Of a stretch of DNA of 64,000 nt, positions 18,762 to 28,669 are shown piece after piece. How positions within the stretch are numbered: position 1 is the stretch's first letter; the number at the start of each line of letters is the position of its first letter. The position numbers were made by a program, and so were the translations under genes. A model generated the notes under the pieces. That model did no database searches, had not been told where the DNA came from, and worked only from the letters and a program-made list of their open reading frames with translations. The DNA is from Oscillospiraceae bacterium (GTDB taxonomy: Bacteria; Bacillota; Clostridia; Oscillospirales; CAG-382): positions 1,383 to 65,382 of the forward strand of contig SVRF01000004.1 in NCBI GenBank assembly GCA_015064945.1, written 5' to 3'.

Positions 18762-19400
18762 TTAAAGCAATTCCTCAAACAAGCACCACGGTGTGCCAAC
18801 GGGCTTGGCGGTAAACTCCGTCATTTTGCCCATCCACGGAAAGCTTAGGCTATAAGACCAAAGCGCCATACCTTCTTTCTCGGTTCTGCCGCCGTATTTT
18901 CCGTCGCCGTACAGGGGCAAACGGCGGGAGGAAAACTGTACACGTATCTGGTGAGTGCGGCCTGTGTGCAACTGCACGTCGAGCAGTGACAACTGAGCGC
19001 CGTTATGATTAACTGTAGACAACAGCTTGTAATAGAGTGAAGCCTCTTTTACCCCTGCCCTGCTGTGCTTAACAACAAAGCTTTTGTTCTTTCTGCGATC
19101 GTGATACAGCAGATCCTTTAATACAGCCTCGTCAGCATCGGGAATGCCGCGCACCACGGTTAAATACCGCTTTATAAACTTACCCTCCGTTATGGCGGAA
19201 GAAAGCTTTGCCGCCGCAGAAGAGCTTTTGGCATAAACCATAAGTCCGCCTGTTCCTCTGTCCAGCCTGTGTACGGGAAAAATATCGCAGTCTAACCGTT
19301 CACGCAGAATTTGGGGCAAGGCGCCATCTCCGTCCTCCGACAGTAGACCTGCAGGTTTTATGCAGACCACAAAATCTTTGTCATCAAACAAAACCGTCAT
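18762..19400 (-). CDS. RluA-family RNA pseudouridine synthase
   Basis: KPAGL, VHRLDRGTGG, TGRTHQIRV, GDGKYG. Confidence 0.92.
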   Translation of the reverse strand: MTVLFDDKDFVVCIKPAGLLSEDGDGALPQILRERLDCDIFPVHRLDRGTGGLMVYAKSSSAAAKLSSAITEGKFIKRYLTVVRGIPDADEAVLKDLLYHDRRKNKSFVVKHSRAGVKEASLYYKLLSTVNHNGAQLSLLDVQLHTGRTHQIRVQFSSRRLPLYGDGKYGGRTEKEGMALWSYSLSFPWMGKMTEFTAKPVGTPWCLFEELL

Positions 19401-19422
19401 AAATCTATCTCCGCAAATTAAT

Positions 19423-19453
19423 AGCCACCGAGGGTATAAAACCCTCGGTGGCT
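19423..19453 (-). terminator. terminator-like hairpin after the amidase gene
   Basis: AGCCACCGAGGGT-n5-ACCCTCGGTGGCT. Confidence 0.7.
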
Positions 19454-19468
19454 TATAAGTATTACACT

Positions 19469-22084
19469 TTAGGGTTGAGTAGCTATAAACTTACGCATAA
19501 TTACCAAATCCGTCGTGTTAACAGCAGTGTCACCGTTGCCGTCGGAAGCCTTAAGGCCTGCCGAGGTTACGCCCGTCCGTTTGGAAATATATTTCCTTAG
19601 CATAAGCATATCGGTGGTATTACAGGTTGCGCTGCCGTCCAAGTCCATAGCAACAACAACTTCAATAACCGTGTCATTATAGTTTACTGTGTAGCCCGTA
19701 CCTATATAGCCGGAGCTTACTGCGTTGCCTGCCAAGTTCTTAACGGTAACATCCACGGTGAACAGAGCCTTGAAGGTATTTACATCCATAGCTAAGTCGC
19801 CGCCGTAGAGATAGCTTTCATCCATAGAATAACCATCTGCCGTTGCACTTGTGGTAAGTTCAAGAACGGGGTCAGGTTCCGGCTCGGGCTCGGGAACTAC
19901 AACATTATCTGAGCCGTAAACCTCTATTTCGGTAAACGCAGTTACGTAAGAAGCCGAAGTGAAGGTTACCCTTACGTATCTTGCGGTAACCCATGCGAAG
20001 TCTACCTTATGGGTGTAAACATTGCTTAACGCAGAGCCGTTTACATAAGAGTAAAGCAAAGTATCAACAAGGTTTTCTACATAATGATAGGTTACACCGT
20101 CGGTGGAGTATTCGATTTCCGCACTGTTGGTCTGATAGTCGCCAACACTGCTGCCACTGTCACCGAAGTCACAAATAGCAACCATACGGAAATTCCTTTG
20201 GGCGCCCAAGTCGATGGTCGTACCAAACTTCTGTGTGGTACCCTGGAAGGAAACGTAAGGAGTGTCCGTAGTGTTATAGCTATCCGTTGCCTTTGAGCCG
20301 TCGGTAAGCTTGGTTCTGTTTGTATCCTGCTGGTTGGTGTACTGATAGGTTATATCGGTACTGCCCTTCCAGGTGGTTGTATAGGACTTATTAAGTGCGT
20401 AGTTGGTAAGTCCGGTGGTATCTATTTCACCTGCGGTTTCGTAGTTAGCTTTAATTACCGCATCGGAACTGCCAATAGTAAAGGTGGTATTGTAAGAGTT
20501 AGCGTCACCGAAAGTGCCGCTACCGCTTTCGATAGACCAATGGGTGAAGGAGTAGCCTGTTCTTGTACTTGCGGAGATGTTAACAACCGTGCCTGCCGCA
20601 TATCTGCCGCTGCCTACGCCGTAGGTAATGGAAAGGTCAAAGTCTGTACGGTAGGTTGCTTCCAGCTCGATATCGCTGTTAAGAACCTTAACAGTAGTGG
20701 TTTTAGCTGTCTTGTCGGTAATGGTTGCAATACCGTTCTTAACCTCCCAAATATCAAAGAGACCTGCGCTGGAGGTTGCAGCGGTTACCGTAAAGGTCTC
20801 ACCCTTGGCAAGATACTTAACAGTGCTGCCGAAGGTGGTATCGTTCTTAACGCTTACCTTATAAACTCTGGTAAGAGTGCTGATATTTGCGGTGCCGCCG
20901 TTATACGTAGCGGTAGAACCGGAAATATTGGTAACGTTTACTATGCTGCCGGAAGATGTTCTGTAAGTACCGTAGTCATAGTCGTTTCTTACGTATGTAA
21001 AGTTATCAAGGTCTACCCAACCAACAGTACCGTTGGAGAGAGTTACCTTACCCCAGTCCCAACCGGTGATCTTAGCGTCAACAACGGTGCCGGAAGCGAT
21101 GGTGCCAACAGAACCGGTTGCGGAGTTACCTGCACGGTAAACGGTTACAGAGGAGTTTGCCTTGTAAAGACCGGGCTTGTAATACTTATAGTTGGGGTTG
21201 TAATATGTGTTCTTCACAGTATCGGTAGAAACATAAGAACCGCCGAATGCCTTGTAATAGTCATACATTCTGTCACGGAACACCTTATAATAAGTCCCAT
21301 CAACGCTGAAGGAAGCGTTGGTACCGAACACGTATCTCATCTGTATAGGACAGTTCTTACCGGCAGCGTGGTAGTGGGTGTAAACCTGAGTATAGGGGTT
21401 GAAGTTGAGCTTTACGCAGATAAACGCAACGAGCATTGCGAGGTATGTAGCGGTCTTATCAAAGTGAGATGCGTACCAGTCGTACATATCCGCCTGATTC
21501 CAGTGTTCACCGGAGAAGGTAGCATCTGCAGGGAAACCGTCGGTTGCGGTTTCAATACCTATACCGGTGCTGTTGGACAAATCGGAAATATTATATTTAC
21601 TTTTCTCGGTTGTAGAAGACCAATAGTTACCGCCTGCGTGCCAGCCCATTTCGTTAACGGGAAGCATCTGATAAAGGCCGTCGTTGCCGCAGGTGTAGTG
21701 CCAAGAAACGGAAGCGGTAGTAGTTCTACCGTAATTGTGGTTTGCAAGAGAAGTAGAAGTTACAGGGTATGCACCTGTATTGTGTACAACAACGTACTTC
21801 ATAGAGTTTATTGTGCCGGGGCGGTTTTTCTTGCCGGAAACTATAAACTCGGTCTTCATCTGTATTTCGTGGCGTGTACCTTCTGCCATCATAAAGGAAG
21901 TGTTATTTGTAAGCAAATCGTTATCAGGCAGTTGGAGATAATCGGGCACATAGATCTCAGGCGCTACAAAGTCCGCATCCGCAATAGCGGAAACAGTGGT
22001 AGTAGCAAAAGAGAATGTGCAAACGGTGCTTATCATCATAGCAACGACAAGCATAAAGGAAATTAAGCGTTTGTGATAATTCAT
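19469..22084 (-). CDS. secreted N-acetylmuramoyl-L-alanine amidase (Amidase_2) + SH3b + repeats + F5/8C-like + X-module/dockerin
   Basis: VVVHNTG, SWHY, GWHAG, N..GIGIE and THYHAAGKNCP Zn-amidase motifs; SH3b WGKV...GWV; TIDLG..ARYVRV..EIEVY discoidin-like; dockerin DLDGSATCNTTD / DGNGDTAVNTTD. Confidence 0.85.
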   Translation of the reverse strand: MNYHKRLISFMLVVAMMISTVCTFSFATTTVSAIADADFVAPEIYVPDYLQLPDNDLLTNNTSFMMAEGTRHEIQMKTEFIVSGKKNRPGTINSMKYVVVHNTGAYPVTSTSLANHNYGRTTTASVSWHYTCGNDGLYQMLPVNEMGWHAGGNYWSSTTEKSKYNISDLSNSTGIGIETATDGFPADATFSGEHWNQADMYDWYASHFDKTATYLAMLVAFICVKLNFNPYTQVYTHYHAAGKNCPIQMRYVFGTNASFSVDGTYYKVFRDRMYDYYKAFGGSYVSTDTVKNTYYNPNYKYYKPGLYKANSSVTVYRAGNSATGSVGTIASGTVVDAKITGWDWGKVTLSNGTVGWVDLDNFTYVRNDYDYGTYRTSSGSIVNVTNISGSTATYNGGTANISTLTRVYKVSVKNDTTFGSTVKYLAKGETFTVTAATSSAGLFDIWEVKNGIATITDKTAKTTTVKVLNSDIELEATYRTDFDLSITYGVGSGRYAAGTVVNISASTRTGYSFTHWSIESGSGTFGDANSYNTTFTIGSSDAVIKANYETAGEIDTTGLTNYALNKSYTTTWKGSTDITYQYTNQQDTNRTKLTDGSKATDSYNTTDTPYVSFQGTTQKFGTTIDLGAQRNFRMVAICDFGDSGSSVGDYQTNSAEIEYSTDGVTYHYVENLVDTLLYSYVNGSALSNVYTHKVDFAWVTARYVRVTFTSASYVTAFTEIEVYGSDNVVVPEPEPEPDPVLELTTSATADGYSMDESYLYGGDLAMDVNTFKALFTVDVTVKNLAGNAVSSGYIGTGYTVNYNDTVIEVVVAMDLDGSATCNTTDMLMLRKYISKRTGVTSAGLKASDGNGDTAVNTTDLVIMRKFIATQP

Positions 22085-22134
22085 AATATACCTCCTATGA
22101 ACATCAAATTAAGCACAATATATATTTATGGTTC

Positions 22135-22164
22135 ATTATATCACATCGACCTTAATAATTGCAA
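22135..22164 (-). promoter_or_regulatory. putative sigA promoter of the amidase gene
   Basis: TTGCAA-18 nt-TATAAT with TG extension. Confidence 0.55.
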
Positions 22165-22304
22165 TAGTCTTTGTAAATATTTTCTTTTTTGTACAATTTT
22201 CACAGTGGAATTTTTGTAGAAAATGCACAAACGCCGAGCTGCATTTTTGTTAAGTGCGAAAAATAAAAGAGGTAAAACGATTTTGTTTTTACCTCTTTGC
22301 AAAT

Positions 22305-22775
22305 TTAATCTTCATCCTCTTCGTCAAAATAATAGATGCTCTTTTTTTCCTGTTTTTCAAAATGGGTATCTATATACTGTTTGAGCGCGGAAAAGTCCTT
22401 TATATACTGCACCTTAAAATTAGTGCTTTGTACCGTCAACGTGCCGATGTTAAGCTTCTTTTGTTTTTCGGTTTGGATGAGAGTAAAAAAACTGCGGTCC
22501 ACATCCTTAACATTGAATTTTCTGCCGTCTGAGTAGCTTATATCCACGCTGTCGCCCTTAAAATGCAGGGTGACATTGCCGTTTTTGGCAGACTTATAAT
22601 AGGTGTAACCAAGAGCCAAGGCGATAATACACTCTACTGCCGCAATCTTTCCGATTCCGCTACCGTAAGTCAAGGCTACTGCTACCGCAGAAAACACCGC
22701 AAACAGTATAACAAGGCTTTTTAAATCACCTTTTTTGCGCATTACATTATCGGTTTTTACAATAAGCTCATCCAT
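22305..22775 (-). CDS. hypothetical membrane protein (two TM helices)
   Basis: GAGG RBS; two hydrophobic segments; last gene of the pdp operon. Confidence 0.7.
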   Translation of the reverse strand: MDELIVKTDNVMRKKGDLKSLVILFAVFSAVAVALTYGSGIGKIAAVECIIALALGYTYYKSAKNGNVTLHFKGDSVDISYSDGRKFNVKDVDRSFFTLIQTEKQKKLNIGTLTVQSTNFKVQYIKDFSALKQYIDTHFEKQEKKSIYYFDEEDED

Positions 22776-22789
22776 TGTTATACCTCTGT

Positions 22790-24091
22790 TTAAAGAATAA
22801 GTCCCCTGACAACGGGAGCTGTTTTCGGGGCTTCATCCCCTATTTCCGTAGCGGAAAGCACTACACGAGCCGCCTCTGCTATCGCATTTTCCCGATTGGT
22901 GTGCAGATATGCAATTACCTCGCCTGCCTGCACCTTATCGCCACGGCGTTTTTCCATTATTATGCCTGCGGCGTGGTCCACCCCGTCCTCCTTGCGCTCT
23001 CTGCCTGCGCCGAGGATAAGGCTTGCTCTTCCGTATTCCTTTGCGTCACTTACCGTTATGTAGCCTGTTTTTTCGGCTTTTACGGGATATACGAAACTTG
23101 CGGTTGGCAAAAGGTCGGGGTTATAAATACACTCCGCATCGCCGCCCTGCGCCTTTACCATATTTACAAAGCTCTTAAAGGCTTTTCCGCTTGCCAAGGC
23201 ATCCTTTGCCATATTACGGCACTCATCAATACTGCCCTTATCGCCAAGGTGAAGCATTACTGCCGCAAGTTCTGTGCACAGCTCTGCCAAAGTGCTGTCC
23301 CCGCCTCCGTGTAACACCTCCAATGCCTCCTTGACCTCAAGGGCGTTACCTATGGCTTTGCCCAAGGGTACATCCATATCCGTAAGCAATGCCGCAGTTT
23401 TTTTGCCTGCGGCGCCCCCGATTTTAACCATCGCTTTTGCAAGTTTTTCCGCATCCTCGGGGGTTTTATTAAAGGAGCCGCTGCCAACCTTTACATCCAG
23501 TACTATGCCATCTGCGCCAGAGGCAAGCTTTTTACCCATTATGCTTGACACTATCAGGGAATGATTTTCCACCGTGCCCGTAACGTCACGAAGAGCATAA
23601 AGCTTTTTGTCCGCCGGTGCAAGGTTGCCGCTTTGACCGCTTACCGCAAGTCCTGCACTGTTAACTGCGGCAAAAAACTCCTCCTTACTCAGAGAGGTGC
23701 GAAAGCCCTTTATTGACTCCAGCTTATCAACGGTACCGCCCGTGTGTCCAAGCCCTCTGCCGCTCATTTTAGCCACCTTTATACCCAATGAAGCTACCAA
23801 GGGAGCAACTATAAGGGTGGTTTTATCGCCCACACCGCCCGTGGAATGCTTATCGATTTTTACACCGTCTATAGGTGACAAATCTACTGTTTCGCCCGAA
23901 TCTCTGATGGCAAAGGTAAGATTTTCCGTCTCTTCCTCATCCATACCCTTAAGGCATATTGCCATAAGAAGTGCACTTATCTGATAATCGGGAATATTAC
24001 CTGCCGTGTACTCTTTGGTTACGTATTCTATCTCCGACTTGTTAAGCTTACCGCCGTCACGCTTTTTTATTATTATATCGGTTATATGCAT
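22790..24091 (-). CDS. pdp: pyrimidine-nucleoside phosphorylase
   Basis: DKHSTGGVGDK, KMSGRGLGHTGGT.DKLE, PADKKLYALRDVT. Confidence 0.96.
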   Translation of the reverse strand: MHITDIIIKKRDGGKLNKSEIEYVTKEYTAGNIPDYQISALLMAICLKGMDEEETENLTFAIRDSGETVDLSPIDGVKIDKHSTGGVGDKTTLIVAPLVASLGIKVAKMSGRGLGHTGGTVDKLESIKGFRTSLSKEEFFAAVNSAGLAVSGQSGNLAPADKKLYALRDVTGTVENHSLIVSSIMGKKLASGADGIVLDVKVGSGSFNKTPEDAEKLAKAMVKIGGAAGKKTAALLTDMDVPLGKAIGNALEVKEALEVLHGGGDSTLAELCTELAAVMLHLGDKGSIDECRNMAKDALASGKAFKSFVNMVKAQGGDAECIYNPDLLPTASFVYPVKAEKTGYITVSDAKEYGRASLILGAGRERKEDGVDHAAGIIMEKRRGDKVQAGEVIAYLHTNRENAIAEAARVVLSATEIGDEAPKTAPVVRGLIL

Positions 24092-24095
24092 TATG

Positions 24096-24500
24096 TTAAC
24101 CTCTTAGGTCGGTTTCGTTAAAGGCTGAGGGCAACAGCTCGCCAAGGCTCGTTTCCTTATAAGCCCCTGTACGGTCTGACACAAGAAGCACCTTAAGAGA
24201 AGGCGCACAAAACTCCGTCAATGCCTGACGGCACACGCCGCAGGGTGCAGTGGCAACAACGCTGTCTCCGCCGCCTGCTATTGCTATGGCGCTGAAACGT
24301 CTTTCGCCCTCGCTGACCGCCTTGAAGAGCGCAACGCGCTCGGCGCAGACAGTGGGGCTGAAAGCCGCATTTTCTATATTACATCCTGTGAAAATCTTGC
24401 CGTTTTCGGTAAGCAAAGCCGCACCTACCTTAAAGCTTGAGTAGGGGGCATAAGCGCTTTCCCTTGCGCCGACAGCGGCAAGAGCCAATTTCTTATACAC
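24096..24500 (-). CDS. cdd: cytidine deaminase
   Basis: [31 protein letters not shown]. Confidence 0.96.
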   Translation of the reverse strand: MYKKLALAAVGARESAYAPYSSFKVGAALLTENGKIFTGCNIENAAFSPTVCAERVALFKAVSEGERRFSAIAIAGGGDSVVATAPCGVCRQALTEFCAPSLKVLLVSDRTGAYKETSLGELLPSAFNETDLRG

Positions 24501-25155
24501 CTTTTTCCATCCCCTTAACGATGCTTACAATACGGCTGGTGCCAAGTCTGTGTGCGCCTGCATTGAGGAATGCAACGCCGTCCTCTAATGAAGAGATACC
24601 GCCTGCCGCCTTTATCTTTAAGCCTTTTGGAGCGTATTTTGCAAAAATTTCCACATCCTCCATAGTTGCACCGCTTTTGGAAAACCCTGTGGAGGTTTTT
24701 ATAAAGTCTGCGCCGGATTTGCCGCAGACTTCACACATCTTTATTTTTTCTTCCTTTGTAAGAAGGCAGGTTTCTATTATCACCTTTAAGACCTTATCAC
24801 CACAGGCAGCTTTTACAAGGCGTATTTCTTCCTCTAAAAAAGAAAAGTCTCCGTCCTTCAAAGCACCAAGGTTTATGACCATATCCACCTCGTCCGCACC
24901 GTTTGCCACCGCATCTGCCGCCTCAAAAGCCTTTGCGGCAGAGGTGCTGTATCCGTTGGGAAAGCCCACAACGGTGCATACCTTTACCCTGCCTGCACAG
25001 TAGTCCGCACAGCGTTTTACAAAAGCAGCGGGTACGCACACGGAGGCGGTACCGTAACGGATGCCTTCGTCACATATTTCCTTTATTTGAGCCCAAGTAG
25101 CGTCTACCTTAAGCAAGGTATGGTCCACGTGGGAAAGCAATTGCTTTATATCCAT
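24493..25155 (-). CDS. deoC: deoxyribose-phosphate aldolase
   Basis: [38 protein letters not shown]. Confidence 0.96.
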   Translation of the reverse strand: MDIKQLLSHVDHTLLKVDATWAQIKEICDEGIRYGTASVCVPAAFVKRCADYCAGRVKVCTVVGFPNGYSTSAAKAFEAADAVANGADEVDMVINLGALKDGDFSFLEEEIRLVKAACGDKVLKVIIETCLLTKEEKIKMCEVCGKSGADFIKTSTGFSKSGATMEDVEIFAKYAPKGLKIKAAGGISSLEDGVAFLNAGAHRLGTSRIVSIVKGMEKGV

Positions 25156-25167
25156 AATAAATCACCC

Positions 25168-26604
25168 TTATACAGCCGCACCGTCGGGAATATTTTTAAT
25201 AAGCTTTTTGTAAAGGGATGCGAACAAAACAAGACTGACCGTTATAGACATCATCTCTGCAATGGGGAAAGACCACCAAACGGCAGAGATCTTACCTGTA
25301 AGGGACAGCAAATACGCCGCAGGGACAAGCACCACAAGCTGACGGGCGGCAGAAACGATCATAGAGTTTATGCCCTTGCCCAAAGCCTGGAATACAGAGC
25401 CGATAACTATACAAAAGCTTGCTATGGGAAGATGCAGACTTATAGTGCCCAAAGCTTTTTCGCCTACCTCATAAAAGCTTTTGAGGTCACAGCCTGCCGG
25501 TTCAAAAATGCCGAGCAGACCGTGAGCGCAAAAGCGCATTACAAGACAGCCCACGGTAAGGAAGCAGAAGCCTGCCATCATAGCCAAACGCAAAGTCTTC
25601 ATCATACGCTTGCGGTTGCCTGCACCGAAATTATAAGCCATTATGGGTATAAGTCCGTTATTAAGGCCGAACATGGGCATAAAGAAGAAGCTTTGCAGTT
25701 TGAAATACACATTGTAAATTGTGTAGCCCATCTTATTCTCAAACCCATTAAGGATGCGTTGCATAAAATAGGTCATAAACGAACCAATTCCCACCATCAG
25801 AATGGAAGGAACGCCAATGGCGTATATCTTGCCGATTATCTTAAGGTCGGGACGGAACCTAAACAAGTTAAGCCTTACGTCCTTATTTTTAAGTACGTTA
25901 AAGATAACCGCCATACAAGCAGCGAAGATCTGACCGATTACGGTGGCGTAAGCCGCACCCGCAACGCCAAGACCCAAACCGAAGGGCATTGTTATGCCAA
26001 ACACCGCTTGCCCCTTGGAAAAAATAAATATAGGGTCAAGAATTATATTAATAATTGCGCCGGTTCCTTGGGTAAACATTGTATAAAGAGTTCTGCCTGT
26101 TGCCTGAAGCAGGCGTTCGAACATTATCTGAAAATAAACGCCGAAGGAAAGCAGACAAACTATACGCAGATATTGGATGCCGAACTCCTTGGTTTGAGCG
26201 TCCACATTGCAGGAGTTCATATAAATATCCACACCGAAAAAGCCGAAAAGAAGAAACGCCAAATATGCCATAAGGGCAAGGAATACGCCGTTTTCCGCAA
26301 TGCGATTGGCACGGTCAAACTTCTTCTCGCCCAAGGAACGGGAAAGAAGGGCGTTAACGCCCACGGCAGTACCGGTGCCCACGCCGATAAGTATGTTTTG
26401 CACAGGGAATGCCGCACCCACAGCGTCAAGCGCTGAGGCGCTTACCTTGGCAACAAATACGCTATCCACCACGTTGTACAACGCCTGCACCATCATAGAT
26501 ATTATCATAGGTACTGACATCGTAATAAGCAGTTTGCCCACGGGCATAGTGCCCATTTTGTTCTCTTTTGGCGGTGCCTTTACCGCAGAACCGACTTCGC
26601 TCAT
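25168..26604 (-). CDS. MATE family efflux transporter
   Basis: LYNVVDSVFV, NIILDPIFIF, GVAGAAYATVIGQ; multiple TM helices. Confidence 0.93.
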   Translation of the reverse strand: MSEVGSAVKAPPKENKMGTMPVGKLLITMSVPMIISMMVQALYNVVDSVFVAKVSASALDAVGAAFPVQNILIGVGTGTAVGVNALLSRSLGEKKFDRANRIAENGVFLALMAYLAFLLFGFFGVDIYMNSCNVDAQTKEFGIQYLRIVCLLSFGVYFQIMFERLLQATGRTLYTMFTQGTGAIINIILDPIFIFSKGQAVFGITMPFGLGLGVAGAAYATVIGQIFAACMAVIFNVLKNKDVRLNLFRFRPDLKIIGKIYAIGVPSILMVGIGSFMTYFMQRILNGFENKMGYTIYNVYFKLQSFFFMPMFGLNNGLIPIMAYNFGAGNRKRMMKTLRLAMMAGFCFLTVGCLVMRFCAHGLLGIFEPAGCDLKSFYEVGEKALGTISLHLPIASFCIVIGSVFQALGKGINSMIVSAARQLVVLVPAAYLLSLTGKISAVWWSFPIAEMMSITVSLVLFASLYKKLIKNIPDGAAV

Positions 26605-26625
26605 TTTTAACCTCTGAATATAAAA

Positions 26626-28650
26626 CTAAATCAACTTCTTAAGTGCGCCCGTGGGACAAAGCTCTACGCATTTGCCGCAGTCGGCACAAACTTTTGTTAT
26701 ATCCTTGTTTGCAAATTCGGGCTTGATAACGGTGGTAAAGCCCCTGCCTACCAAGCCGAGAATGCCCTGCTTTGCAACCTCGTCACAAACACGCACGCAC
26801 AGACCGCAAAGTATACACTTACCGTTGTTTCTTTCGATAAGCTCCAGCTTTGTCTCGCTTTCGGTACGGCGTTTTGCGCCTTCAAACCTTACGGTATTGA
26901 TATACATATCACTGTAACGAATAAGCTTACAGTCCTTGTAATCGTGACAGCCGCATTCAAGACAGCGCTTTGCCTCCGCTCTTGCAGCCTCTTCGGAAAA
27001 TCCAAGATATATCTCGCCGAAGTCCTTTTTGCGTTCTTCTGCGGGACGGATGGGCATTTCCGCACGGGGAAGCTTTTCTCTGTCCTCAAAGTCCTTTTCG
27101 CTTACCTTGCGTTCGGAAAGGAATGGCTTTCTGTAGGGAACATCTGCGCCCTTAAGATATGCATCTACAACCAACGCCGCACGGTTACCTTCGCCGATTG
27201 CCTCGACTGCTATGCTTGCGCCCTTGTTGGTAGCATCACCTATGGCGAATACGCCTTCTATATTGGTGCGGAAGCTGTTTTCATCAGCGGCAATAATACC
27301 TCTGCGATTAAGCTCCAAGGTTTCAAAGCCATTTACGCACACCTTTTGACCGATAGCGGCAATAAAGCTGTCCGCTTCGATATACTCAAATTTGCCCTCT
27401 ACGGGAACGGGGCTTCTTCTGCCGCCTGCATCGGGCTCACCCAGCTCCATAACCTGAAGCTTTACGGATTTAAGAACACCGTCTTCCCCTATCAACTCGC
27501 AGGGGTTAACAAGGAAGCGGAAGTTTACGCCCTCTTCCTTTGCTTCTTCGATCTCTATCTTTTCCGCAGGCATTTCCTTTTCGGTACGACGGTAAACAAC
27601 GGTTACTTCTTTTGCACCGAGTCTTACTGCGCTGCGGCAAGCGTCCATAGCGGTATTACCGCCGCCAACGATGACAACTTTTTCACCGACGGAAACAGGG
27701 TTACCCTCTGCAATACTGCGCAAAAATTCTATGCCGCCGTATACGCCCTTAAGCTCCTCACCGGGGCAGCCTACCTTCATACCTGTCCATGCACCGATAG
27801 CAACTATAACTGCATCGTTCTGCGCCTTAAGCTCCTCAAAGCTTGCGTCTTTGCCGATAGTTACGCCGCAGCGTATTTCTACGCCTGCCTTTTGGATATG
27901 GGCTATTTCCTTATCCAAAACAGCCTTGGGCAAACGGTATTCAGGTATACCGTAACGAAGCATACCGCCCGCCTTGGGCATCTGCTCGTAAATAGTTACG
28001 GAATGGCCCTTAAGTGCCAGAAAATATGCGGTGGTAAGGCCGCCGGGGCCGCCGCCGATAACAGCAACCTTTTTGCCTGTGGGCGCTTCCTTTATTATTT
28101 CCTGTTCGTCTGCAGCAAGCACTCTGTCTGCCGCAAAGAACTTAAGCTGTGCTATGGACAAAGGCTGTTCCACATATTTTCTGCGGCAAGCCTTTTCACA
28201 GGGGTGAGGGCACACTCTGCCGATGGATGCGGGCAGAGGAAGCTTTTCCCTTAAAATACGAACTGCTTCTGCATCGTCACCTTCTGCTATTGCCTTTACA
28301 TAACCCTGTACGTCTGTACCTGCAGGGCAGTTAAGGCCGCAGGGGCCTTTACAGTCACCGTCATGGTCGCTCATAAGCAGTTCAAGCGCAAGCTTGCGGG
28401 ATGCAAGCACGCGAGGGCTGTTTGTATCGATATCCATACCGTCGCTTGCTACCGTAGAGCAAGCACGCATAAGCTTGGGCATGCCCTTTGCTTCTACAAC
28501 GCAAAGACCGCATGCGCCGTAGTTTTTAACAAGCTCGCTCTCGCACAGGGTGGGTATCTCCACACCGCCGCGACGGGCTATTTGCAAAATAGTTTCGCCC
28601 TTTTCGCCCGTAAGGGGAATACCGTTTATTATAATATTTATCTTTTCCAT
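26626..28650 (-). CDS. [2Fe-2S]/GltD-like FAD-NADPH oxidoreductase with C-terminal 2x[4Fe-4S] (StnC/NsoC-like)
   Basis: IPTLC..GACGLCVVE..RACST; GRVCPHPCE..CRR; GGGPGG; GGGNTAMD; EAKRCLECGC; CILCGLCVRVC and CADCGKCVELCPTG. Confidence 0.85.
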   Translation of the reverse strand: MEKINIIINGIPLTGEKGETILQIARRGGVEIPTLCESELVKNYGACGLCVVEAKGMPKLMRACSTVASDGMDIDTNSPRVLASRKLALELLMSDHDGDCKGPCGLNCPAGTDVQGYVKAIAEGDDAEAVRILREKLPLPASIGRVCPHPCEKACRRKYVEQPLSIAQLKFFAADRVLAADEQEIIKEAPTGKKVAVIGGGPGGLTTAYFLALKGHSVTIYEQMPKAGGMLRYGIPEYRLPKAVLDKEIAHIQKAGVEIRCGVTIGKDASFEELKAQNDAVIVAIGAWTGMKVGCPGEELKGVYGGIEFLRSIAEGNPVSVGEKVVIVGGGNTAMDACRSAVRLGAKEVTVVYRRTEKEMPAEKIEIEEAKEEGVNFRFLVNPCELIGEDGVLKSVKLQVMELGEPDAGGRRSPVPVEGKFEYIEADSFIAAIGQKVCVNGFETLELNRRGIIAADENSFRTNIEGVFAIGDATNKGASIAVEAIGEGNRAALVVDAYLKGADVPYRKPFLSERKVSEKDFEDREKLPRAEMPIRPAEERKKDFGEIYLGFSEEAARAEAKRCLECGCHDYKDCKLIRYSDMYINTVRFEGAKRRTESETKLELIERNNGKCILCGLCVRVCDEVAKQGILGLVGRGFTTVIKPEFANKDITKVCADCGKCVELCPTGALKKLI

Positions 28651-28669
28651 AATTTGCTTATCCCCCTTC

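Noticed and set aside
19469-22084. Amidase as a prophage endolysin
   Set aside because: It has a signal peptide and dockerin; no holin, integrase or phage structural genes in the window.
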